Source: Candidatus Woesearchaeota archaeon (GTDB lineage Archaea > Nanobdellota > Nanobdellia > Woesearchaeales > GW2011-AR9). From it: 52,256 nucleotides of DNA. The stretch is from the NCBI GenBank assembly GCA_016185725.1, contig JACPNA010000020.1:1-52256 (forward strand). Direction: 5' to 3'. Under the pieces are notes generated by a model that saw nothing but the letters and a program-made list of their open reading frames with translations, did no database searches and was not told the origin of the DNA. The position numbers were made by a program, and so were the translations under genes. Positions 44,485 through 52,256 of this stretch are shown one piece after another; the first letter of the stretch is position 1; the number at the start of each line of letters is the position of its first letter.

Positions 44485-44587
44485 GGTTAAGAATATGCTT
44501 AAAGTAGTTTTATAAAGATTATGAAATACATAATCTATCTTTTTGACTATAGCAAACTTTATTAATCGAGGAGAATTACCAGAAATC

Positions 44588-45388
44588 ATGTCTAGAATTA
44601 TTTTTTTGGGAACTTCCGGCAGTTCGGCAGTTACGAGCAAGCAGATGCGTTCTTCTGGAGGTATTATCCTGCAGGCGGGTGACCTGCAATTTCACCTTGA
44701 CCCAGGTCCAGGGGCGTTGAACAAAGCACGGGAGTTTGGAATTAATCCTAATCATACGTGTGTGGTATTAGTTTCACATAATCATATTAATCATTGCAAT
44801 GATTTAAACGCAGTGGTAGAAGCGATGACGCATGCAGGATTGGAGCATAGGGGGTTGATTTTAGCAAGCAAGTCAATAATACAGCCTACGGAGGGGCATC
44901 CGTTTTTGACAAAATATCATCAAAAATTGGTGGAAAAAATTATTCCTATGGAAAAGCATCATAAGGTGGCGGTTGATGATGTAGAAATTCATACTTTGCC
45001 GGTGCAACATACGGATGATGCGGCGTTAGGGTTTAAGTTTTTCTGCCCAAAATTCACGTTAGGGTATACAGGAGATACGATATTATCAGCTGATTTATTA
45101 GAAGAATTAATGGGTTCAGATATTCTCATCTTGAATGTTCCTTATCCGGGAAATACGGCGGAAGGGATGAATTTAGATACGGAAGCGGCAACAAAAATTA
45201 TTGGGACTGTTCAGCCGCGATTGGCAATATTAACTCATTTTGGGATGGATATGCTTAAAGCGGATCCGATGATAGAAGCACGGGAGATTCAGAGGATTAC
45301 GGCAGTGCAAACGGTAGCAGCGTATGATGGATTGACGATTGCTCCGGGCGGATGGGAATCACTGAAATCGCCAGTGAAGGGATATTGA
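44588..45388 (+). CDS. MBL-fold metallo-hydrolase
   Basis: MSRIIFLGTSGS..., VLVSHNHINHCND (HxHxxH variant) and ILTHFG. Confidence 0.65.
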   Translation: MSRIIFLGTSGSSAVTSKQMRSSGGIILQAGDLQFHLDPGPGALNKAREFGINPNHTCVVLVSHNHINHCNDLNAVVEAMTHAGLEHRGLILASKSIIQPTEGHPFLTKYHQKLVEKIIPMEKHHKVAVDDVEIHTLPVQHTDDAALGFKFFCPKFTLGYTGDTILSADLLEELMGSDILILNVPYPGNTAEGMNLDTEAATKIIGTVQPRLAILTHFGMDMLKADPMIEAREIQRITAVQTVAAYDGLTIAPGGWESLKSPVKGY

Positions 45389-45467
45389 ATATAATTCTGA
45401 ACGGTAAAATATCAACCGTAATTATTTAATTTCTTAGCTAAATCTATCACAAAATCATAGAGATACA

Positions 45468-45606
45468 GTCAAAGAAAACCGACCACCACCAGTCAATAGA
45501 CTGGTGGCATGCTCGCCTGCGGGCTCGGGTCGGTTTTCTGACCATGCTTTTTCCACTTTATGTGTTAGTGGATGTGTACCACCAGTGAAACACACTGGTG
45601 GAAAAA
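45468..45606 (+). repeat. 139-nt structured, GC-rich intergenic repeat, copy B
   Basis: 138/139 identical to 3405..3543; the only difference is t at 45561 versus a at 3498. Lies in a convergent intergenic region. Confidence 0.9.
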
Positions 45607-45695
45607 GAATGGAATAGATGTGCTCATAAAATAAAAAAAATCCACTTTATCTTTTGATTTCAAGAAATTATAAATATCTCATGAATAGGTAAATC

Positions 45696-46583
45696 TTAAA
45701 TTAATAACCCTAATAACCAACCTACTGCCAATCCTACAAAACAGCCGGCGCCGATGAAGGGCATGGCGGGATAAAATTTGTGTTCGTTGCCGTACCATAA
45801 TAAAAGAGCTAGACCGAGCATGGCGAAGAAGGGAATGATCATACTTTGCCATAAGCCAATTTCTTTTAAGATTACGCCAGCAAAGATTAGAGGAAAGCCA
45901 ATATCTCCACCGCCTAAAACAGCAGTGCGGACTTTGCGATGTTTTTGGGGAGTAATATCTTGTTTAACTTTATGGGTCAATACATGACCATCTTTGTACG
46001 GAACTAACAAGCCGGCAAAGATTTTTGCCTGGGCTTGGGATTTAGCTAAGGTGATCATATGTTTTGATTTCCAGACGGCATAGGCATCGTAAATGGCGAT
46101 GAGAATAATAAGGATGCTTACGGACATGATGTTGAGCATAGGAACGAAGATAGCAGCTAAGCCACCATAAATAACCACTTCGGTTAAAGTTTGTATCCAA
46201 AAATTAGGCCGAAATATTTTCCAAATACCAAAGAATAATGCTAAGAAAAAGGCGATTTCTTTGCTCATGAATGCGCCTAAAGAAACAGCTAAGGAAAGAA
46301 CGACGGCGATTAAAAACCAGCCTTTCCAAATAAAATTTAATTTAAATTTAATTAGTACTAGTAATACGATTGTGCCAAAAAGAATGGCAAGGATAATAGG
46401 GACATAAGAGGTTTTTTCTTCTACGGAAGGGCGTTCACCGATAGGCAGTTGTTTGAATTCGGTTTTGCCGGTGGCGAGACTTTTTTCGGCGTCGATATAT
46501 TTATATACAACGGCTAAGCCGAAAAATTGGGCGAGGAGAAAAAGACTAAGGACCAATAGAGTAATTCTCAGGTTATGTTTCAT
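45696..46583 (-). CDS. presenilin/signal-peptide-peptidase-like intramembrane aspartyl protease (A22)
   Basis: Polytopic, with IAIYDAYAVW (YD), VLGGGDIGFPL (GxGD) and YPAMPF (PAL-like). Confidence 0.7.
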   Translation of the reverse strand: MKHNLRITLLVLSLFLLAQFFGLAVVYKYIDAEKSLATGKTEFKQLPIGERPSVEEKTSYVPIILAILFGTIVLLVLIKFKLNFIWKGWFLIAVVLSLAVSLGAFMSKEIAFFLALFFGIWKIFRPNFWIQTLTEVVIYGGLAAIFVPMLNIMSVSILIILIAIYDAYAVWKSKHMITLAKSQAQAKIFAGLLVPYKDGHVLTHKVKQDITPQKHRKVRTAVLGGGDIGFPLIFAGVILKEIGLWQSMIIPFFAMLGLALLLWYGNEHKFYPAMPFIGAGCFVGLAVGWLLGLLI

Positions 46584-46643
46584 GGATTAATTAATTTTTA
46601 ATGCCCATATAAAATGTAGTAACTACTTTAAAGGGAGTAATTT

Positions 46644-48605
46644 ATGGAAAGGTTTATAAAGAAAAAGAAAAAAAATGGATACAGAAAACTGATGGCAAGA
46701 AAAAGATCAAGCGCAAGCATCCCTATCCCAATACGAGAGAAGGCAGAACTAGAGAGGAGAATTATAGATTTAGGAGAAGAGATTAAGTTTAAAGATGAAG
46801 AGATTAAGGCGTTAGGAGAGGCAAATGGAGAGCTTAATAGTAGATTGGGGGGAGAGGAAGAAAGAACTAGACATTATCAAGAGCAAGTGGGGGGTATTCG
46901 AAAGGAATATGACGCTCTTGCAAAAGAAGTTGATGAGCTTAAATCGGCTTATGAACTAATAGGCGAAGAAAAGGGAGAGGTTGTACTACAATTAAAAGAT
47001 GTGCAAGAAAGAGATATAGCGATGCGAATCGCGTATGAACTTCTTCTTAATAAGGTTAATACAACATTATCTCAAGAAAGAGAAGAAAGAGAAAGAGCAA
47101 TGGCAGAGTCATCACAACAAATCCAAGCGCAGAGTTTGGAGTTGGAGGGGGTATTTTCACGAGCCAATTGGCTTATTTTAGGATATACTTCCCTTGTACA
47201 AAATTTAGAAGAGAAACTGTGTTTTGAACAAAGTAAAGGAAAACAATTGGAAATGGAGAGAGAACGACTTATTAATGGTCATGCGACTACTCTGCACGAT
47301 AATGAGAGGGCATTAGAGGAAATAAACGCAGAATTACAAGAAAAAATAAGGGAATATGCTGAATATAAAAGAAAACACGAGGAGTATGTGACATGGTCAT
47401 GTGATCGTAACACTACATTGGAAAAAAAACTCCGGGGGGAGGAAGGAAAAAATTTTCAGTTAGGAATGGAAATGGGAAAATTATTAGGACGAATAAGAGC
47501 AACAGAACAAGAAAAAGAAGCACTACAACGGAAATTAAAAGAGTTAATATTTATTTCTGTGGAAGATACCAAAAAAATCAGAAAACAACATCAACATTTA
47601 GTTGATTTTGTTAATGTGAAGAAACGATTTAGGAAAATGTGTTTTCCAATAGAAGAAAGATTCCTTTCTTTAGCTGATAAATTCTATTTCTCAAAAGAAT
47701 TAAATAATACTGAACTAATTAATGAACTAAACGAACAATTCCAAGAATTTTTAGAAACAGAAGATAGTAAATATCATTATACTGCGCTCAAACTAGCAGA
47801 AGAGATGTTTACGCAACACCATACCAAAACAAGGATGTTCTATGATGTTCTCAATAGTATAGTGCTTTTAGAAATGCCGGTTTATCAGCAACTACGGGTA
47901 GGCTTACTCGCGTTAACGTTAACAAAAGAGGAGGTGACGATTAATACGGAAGAAATTCGATGTGCGAACAAAATTCTTACAGAGATTTCCAAGGAAGATC
48001 CAGCGTTGAAATTGAACTATAATAATCAGGTTCTACAGACGGCGGTGTATGCTTGTTCACAGATAATGGGGGAGAATGCACGAGCTCGTTTGCTGATGGG
48101 AAGTTATATTCTTCGAGAACAGTCTCTCAAAGAAAATGTGAATCCTGCATTACTGGAAGATGCGCGAGATTATTTTGCCCGGAGCGTTGCAGAAGATCAT
48201 TCTCTGGAAGGGGCATTACGAACGATTATAGCAGATTATGCCGAGAATACTCCCTTTGAATTGTTGAGGACGAGTTTCTCTGATTTGTTCCCACAAGTTA
48301 AAGAACTTTATATGATTAGTGATAAGGGGGAAAGAGATGAGGATGTTCAGGTTGGAGAAAAAAGAGAAGAGATGCATAAATTGGATGAGAGATATGCATT
48401 AAATTTATTATTAAATTCAACAGAAGAATCAACAATTTCTGAAGCTGCTGCTATTGCCAAAAAATTACGAGATGAGAAAAAAATATCAGAGAGTATTATT
48501 ATCTATGAAAAACTTACGGAAGTTGATCCGAATAATCATAATCATCATTATTTTTTAGCTACAACGTATGAACAAGTAAATAGATACGGGTTTAGCGCGA
48601 GTTAA
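46644..48605 (+). CDS. large coiled-coil protein with an alpha-helical C-terminal half and a TPR-like tail (paralog 1)
   Basis: 653 aa. Basic N-terminus, about 300 aa of E/K/L/Q-rich heptad-like sequence, and the tail ...AAAIAKKLRDEKKISESIIIYEKLTEVDPNNHNHHYFLATTYEQVNR. Confidence 0.7.
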   Translation: MERFIKKKKKNGYRKLMARKRSSASIPIPIREKAELERRIIDLGEEIKFKDEEIKALGEANGELNSRLGGEEERTRHYQEQVGGIRKEYDALAKEVDELKSAYELIGEEKGEVVLQLKDVQERDIAMRIAYELLLNKVNTTLSQEREERERAMAESSQQIQAQSLELEGVFSRANWLILGYTSLVQNLEEKLCFEQSKGKQLEMERERLINGHATTLHDNERALEEINAELQEKIREYAEYKRKHEEYVTWSCDRNTTLEKKLRGEEGKNFQLGMEMGKLLGRIRATEQEKEALQRKLKELIFISVEDTKKIRKQHQHLVDFVNVKKRFRKMCFPIEERFLSLADKFYFSKELNNTELINELNEQFQEFLETEDSKYHYTALKLAEEMFTQHHTKTRMFYDVLNSIVLLEMPVYQQLRVGLLALTLTKEEVTINTEEIRCANKILTEISKEDPALKLNYNNQVLQTAVYACSQIMGENARARLLMGSYILREQSLKENVNPALLEDARDYFARSVAEDHSLEGALRTIIADYAENTPFELLRTSFSDLFPQVKELYMISDKGERDEDVQVGEKREEMHKLDERYALNLLLNSTEESTISEAAAIAKKLRDEKKISESIIIYEKLTEVDPNNHNHHYFLATTYEQVNRYGFSAS

Positions 48606-48637
48606 TAAAAAATTAGGAGTTACGGATTAAATAAATC
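48444..48637 (+). repeat. duplicated 3' block, copy 1 (141 nt identical plus 53 nt near-identical)
   Basis: 48444..48584 equals 49908..50048 exactly. 48585..48637 matches 50097..50149 with 2 mismatches. Confidence 0.9.
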
Positions 48638-48653
48638 TTTTTAAAATAAAAAA

Positions 48654-50096
48654 ATGACTTTAGAAAATTTCCTTATGCCTATCCAATGGTTAGGTGAATG
48701 TAAAGATAAGAGGATTGATTTATTTTCTTTTTTGGGAATAAATCCAAATGATTATTTTAAAACAGGGTTGGTTAATTATGATGAACAGGAACGTTTAATC
48801 CAAGATGTGCGGAAAAAACATGATGAAATCACAGCTAGAATTAATCAAGAAAAAGATCTTCCCTTAAAATTAAAACAATTAGGACAAACTTTGTGTGTTG
48901 ATGTTACCAAAGCAAAGGGGCTACTTGTCAATCCACAGCTGTATACAAATCCTAATCCTCAACAATCTTCTATTTCCGGTTCATATGTTGAACCAAGAGA
49001 TTATACGTTAGCAATGCAAAATATGCAGGCCACACCGCATACATTAAGTTATATTCTAGAAGTATATTTGCAAGCTATTGAAGCAATACAACAAATTCGT
49101 GAAGAAAGAAAAAATTTTGTGAGTGTATCGAGAGAACAACATGGAAGAGAATTACAATTATTAAGAACGCAAATTCAAGATGACCGAGTAAGATACGAAT
49201 TGGAAAAAGGGAAATTGATAGAAGCTAAATCTAGAGATGTGGCTGATGTTAAGAGAAAAATTGTTGAATTGCAAGAGAGAATATTAGATCTACAAGCTGA
49301 ACAACGTGTAGAATTAGCAGGAGAAAGAAAATCGAGAGAAATATTAGAACAAGAATATAAAAATAGACTTGCAGAAATAGAAAGAAAATATGAATTGTTG
49401 AAAACAGAATCTCAAGGAAAAAAAATTGGTTTGGAAAGCAATAGTAGAGCGTGGAGAGTATTATATACGGAGGATAAAGATTTATCTAAAATAGTACAAG
49501 AAGAATTGGCAGATAAAGAAAGAGAATATCAACAAAAAATTGCTGATTATGAAGCAAAAATAAAACTATTAGAAGAGGATGTTGCTAATAAAGTAGTAAT
49601 AGAGAATAAGATCATATTGAATAATTTATTAGAAAAAACCAAGGAAGTTGATTCATTAAAGAAAAGTAAGGTGGAATTGGACCAGAAATATACACGATTA
49701 ACCGCAGAATTAGAAGCTAAAACAAGGGAATTGGATGAAACAAAAGGAACATTTGAAGAAGCTAAACAACGTATGGCTAGTTTACAAAATAAGTTAGAAG
49801 AAGCGACAAAAAAATCGGATGATATTGGATTAAGAGTGGAATATGGTAATGCTATTCAAATGGTTTATTTATTATTTGAATCAAAAGAAGAACCGATAAT
49901 TTCTGCTGCTGCTGCTATTGCCAAAAAATTACGAGATGAGAAAAAAATATCAGAGAGTATTATTATCTATGAAAAACTTACGGAAGTTGATCCGAATAAT
50001 CATAATCATCATTATTTTTTAGCTACAACGTATGAACAAGTAAATAGAGGAAGCGAAAGAACAGTATTTGTTAGCAGGAAAGGGTTCTTCAGCTAG
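48654..50096 (+). CDS. coiled-coil protein with the same TPR-like tail (paralog 2)
   Basis: 480 aa with a long coiled coil. The last about 47 shared residues are identical to paralog 1. Confidence 0.7.
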   Translation: MTLENFLMPIQWLGECKDKRIDLFSFLGINPNDYFKTGLVNYDEQERLIQDVRKKHDEITARINQEKDLPLKLKQLGQTLCVDVTKAKGLLVNPQLYTNPNPQQSSISGSYVEPRDYTLAMQNMQATPHTLSYILEVYLQAIEAIQQIREERKNFVSVSREQHGRELQLLRTQIQDDRVRYELEKGKLIEAKSRDVADVKRKIVELQERILDLQAEQRVELAGERKSREILEQEYKNRLAEIERKYELLKTESQGKKIGLESNSRAWRVLYTEDKDLSKIVQEELADKEREYQQKIADYEAKIKLLEEDVANKVVIENKIILNNLLEKTKEVDSLKKSKVELDQKYTRLTAELEAKTRELDETKGTFEEAKQRMASLQNKLEEATKKSDDIGLRVEYGNAIQMVYLLFESKEEPIISAAAAIAKKLRDEKKISESIIIYEKLTEVDPNNHNHHYFLATTYEQVNRGSERTVFVSRKGFFS

Positions 50097-50149
50097 TACG
50101 GGTTTAGCGCGAGTTAATAAAAAATTGGAAGTTACGGATTAAATAAATC
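49908..50149 (+). repeat. duplicated 3' block, copy 2 (contains an extra 48 nt at 50049..50096)
   Basis: As above. The last 18 nt (50132..50149) are the 3' end of herA on the opposite strand. Confidence 0.9.
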
Positions 50150-51652
50150 GGTATTTATCGAATACTTATTGTTATTATTATTTATCTTAACATATTCTTT
50201 GAACAAGGGTACTTTTACAGGAACGGCAAAATGTGTAAAAGTTGAGGTAACTAAGGCTTCGCCTTTATCTAAAGAGGCAATATTTCTATTATCTTGACTC
50301 AAATCTTGCGGAGCACTTTCAATAACTGCTTGGCGTTCGGAGTTCATTTCTAAGCCGAGAATTATTTTTGTATTCATATTAGCTAAGATTTGTTTAGGTA
50401 TCTCTGAAGGCAGCTGAGTGATGGCGATTAGACCTATTTTAAATTTTCTTCCTTCGCGAGCGATGGTTTCAAAGATATTACTGCCTTGTTCCAAAACAGA
50501 TTTGCCTAAAACACGAGGAGCTTCTTCCAAGATAATGGAAACAACGGGTTTATCGTCTAGCAGTCCGGTGCGTTTGTAATACTTGTATTTATCAAATATC
50601 TCTGAAGAAATTATGGTGCCAACCATTATTTCAATGGCGCCGGAAAAAAAACTGGTATCGATAATGACAGTTTTGCCTTGTTCTAGGTCTTTGCACATTT
50701 CTGCGATAGTATTTTCTCCAGCAATATCATCAAAAATTCCGGTGCTAGTAATATGTCCGTTTTTAAGATCTAGGCTTAACAAAGAAATTAATCTCCTTTT
50801 GACTACAGCAAGAGTATCTTCATGAAATAGTACACCTTCAATACGTTTTTCTTCCAAGATACTTCTTATCCATAATTCTTTGAATTTTCGATGATATGCA
50901 TGCAAGCATTGGCGTTGCGGGTCACTGAAATTGATAGCTCCTTGGAAATGTTCTGGTTTCAATTTGGAAAGATTTATTTTAAGCGTTCGGGCTCCGGCAG
51001 GAGGATTGCTTGGTGTATAATAACTCACTTTTTGCTTTAGGGGATGATCTTTTAATCCTAAACCTATTCGGCCGTAATATTCATCATGGGGGTCGAGAAC
51101 TAATATGCCGGCGTAATCGTCATGGGTAATATTCCACAACATACAGGACATTAAATTTGATTTGCCTTTGCCAGTTGAGGCAGGAATTAAGATGTGATGA
51201 GAGAGAACGTCTTTACCAGAAAGGTTGATATCGAAGTCTAATTTTTGACTGCCACTTCTTAGTTTACCTAAGTATAGAGGATTTTTTGGTTGAGTGATGA
51301 AATGTAAATCTTCTTGGGAGATGGCTCTTACTTTACCGAAAAAAGGAGGTAATTTTTTGCATGTTTTGCTGTCGTTAGAAATGGTTAACAGTGGTTTTAA
51401 AAAAGCTAATTGGTAATTACGTAAGGTTTCGTCCATGATATCGTAACTGCCTTGTTCGAGATTCATGCCGGCAACCATTTCTAAATTTTGAACTGAAATT
51501 TGGCTGGCATAGATGAGATCATACACCTGGAGAATAAATTTTTCTTGGTGATGTTCGATGACAACCAGTTCTCCTAGTTCTATCTCTTGATCTGATTTTA
51601 CACGCATGATGACTTTACTGAAATCACCAGCAACCACTTGGCCTTTGAGCAT
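50132..51652 (-). CDS. herA: HerA-type hexameric ATPase/helicase (HAS barrel plus FtsK/HerA ATPase)
   Basis: N-terminal barrel [15 protein letters not shown]...GELVVIE, Walker [11 protein letters not shown], Walker [12 protein letters not shown], and [20 protein letters not shown]. Confidence 0.8.
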   Translation of the reverse strand: MLKGQVVAGDFSKVIMRVKSDQEIELGELVVIEHHQEKFILQVYDLIYASQISVQNLEMVAGMNLEQGSYDIMDETLRNYQLAFLKPLLTISNDSKTCKKLPPFFGKVRAISQEDLHFITQPKNPLYLGKLRSGSQKLDFDINLSGKDVLSHHILIPASTGKGKSNLMSCMLWNITHDDYAGILVLDPHDEYYGRIGLGLKDHPLKQKVSYYTPSNPPAGARTLKINLSKLKPEHFQGAINFSDPQRQCLHAYHRKFKELWIRSILEEKRIEGVLFHEDTLAVVKRRLISLLSLDLKNGHITSTGIFDDIAGENTIAEMCKDLEQGKTVIIDTSFFSGAIEIMVGTIISSEIFDKYKYYKRTGLLDDKPVVSIILEEAPRVLGKSVLEQGSNIFETIAREGRKFKIGLIAITQLPSEIPKQILANMNTKIILGLEMNSERQAVIESAPQDLSQDNRNIASLDKGEALVTSTFTHFAVPVKVPLFKEYVKINNNNNKYSINTDLFNP

Positions 51653-51765
51653 ATTTATTTTAGAATTGGTTTAGTTTTTAATAATTTATCTCCTTCAGGA
51701 TAATTTGGAAACAGTACATAAATGGAATAATAATCTTTATAAATAAGCCTCATTTTTAGTTTGAT

Positions 51766-52020
51766 ATGGAAGCAGTGGTCATTCATTATCGTCAAGGAAG
51801 ACATCATGTCAATCCGCATCAGATGGTTCTTAAGGTAGCGGATACAGTTGAAGATGCCCAGAAAGTAATTGGTAAGACGGCTAGTTGGACTTCTCCGGCG
51901 GGCAAGATTATCAGCGGAAAAATTTCAGCGTTGCATGGTCGTAAGGGTAGTGTTCGAGTTATTTTCGCTGATAAGGGTTTGCCGGGACAAGCGTTAGGTC
52001 AGAAAGTTAAAATTCAATAG
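51766..52020 (+). CDS. rpl35ae: 50S ribosomal protein L35Ae
   Basis: GKTASWTSPAGKIISGKISALHGRKGSVRVIF is typical of L35Ae. Confidence 0.8.
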   Translation: MEAVVIHYRQGRHHVNPHQMVLKVADTVEDAQKVIGKTASWTSPAGKIISGKISALHGRKGSVRVIFADKGLPGQALGQKVKIQ

Positions 52021-52140
52021 AATGTTTGGAGAAGGATAATTTCTGATAGTATAAGGGATGTTTAATTATTTTAAGTTAATTACTACTAGTTAGTAAATAA
52101 AATAGAAAAGTTTAAAAATAAAGCTTATTTTTAAAGAATA

Positions 52141-52256
52141 ATGGCAGAATTAACTTCCTTAGAAGATTGTGTGAAAGCAGAGATAAATATGTTCTCGGTC
52201 TTTGGTATCGACCTTAAGCATTATTACGTCAACGGCTGTAATCTTCAAGAAGAGGA
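52141..52256 (+). CDS. 5' end of an unidentified ORF running off the window
   Basis: ATG 52141 lies about 25 nt downstream of a TATA-like TTTAAAAATAAAG. Only 38 codons are visible. Confidence 0.3.
   Translation, partial: MAELTSLEDCVKAEINMFSVFGIDLKHYYVNGCNLQEE

Noticed and set aside
3405-45606. The two 139-nt direct repeats as attL/attR of a 42-kb integrated element, with tRNA-Trp nearby.
   Set aside because: The intervening DNA carries core single-copy housekeeping genes (aIF5B, aIF1A, PheRS, HisRS, thermosome, r-proteins, Pelota). It has no integrase, capsid or conjugation genes. The repeats are not adjacent to the tRNA.
46644-50096. The coiled-coil proteins as Rad50/SMC partners of the adjacent HerA.
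   Set aside because: Neither protein has an N-terminal Walker A, a C-terminal Walker B/signature motif or a zinc hook (CxxC) in the middle of the coiled coil. They end in a TPR-like module instead.
1-52256. A CRISPR array.
   Set aside because: The only repeated sequences are the 139-nt element (copies 42 kb apart), the duplicated gene tail and short tandem motifs. None shows the regular 25-40 nt repeat/spacer periodicity of a CRISPR array.

Overview
This is an AT-rich, gene-dense chromosomal segment from an archaeon. It most resembles a small-genome DPANN-type lineage. Support for an archaeal origin: aIF5B, aIF1A, aEF-1beta with its usual Zn-ribbon neighbour, Pelota, a thermosome, Trm1, archaeal-type PheRS alpha/beta, r-proteins L14e/L34e/L35Ae, intron-containing tRNAs, and TATA-like boxes about 25-30 nt upstream of many start codons. 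Mixed in with these are many secreted, lipobox or membrane proteins and several genes that are typically bacterial: lspA, gpsA, lemA-htpX, a RelA/SpoT-like protein and a PgsA-like/DAG-kinase fusion. No rRNA genes, CRISPR array or transposase were seen. The observations most worth a second look are: (1) A co-directional envelope gene cluster at 20.7-28.5 kb ending in a HerA/FtsK-type ATPase. (2) A 139-nt, GC-rich, highly structured repeat present in two near-identical copies plus one solo 3' module. (3) An unannotated tRNA-Trp with two introns, one inside the T loop. (4) rtcA interrupted by an in-frame TAG just upstream of its catalytic His motif. (5) pheS split across two frames, with a canonical T_TTA_AAG slippery heptamer in the overlap. 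(6) Two tandem coiled-coil/TPR paralogs sharing a 141-nt identical 3' block that abuts an orphan herA. All functional calls come from reading motifs in the translations by eye. No database search was run. The several frame disruptions could also be assembly or sequencing errors.
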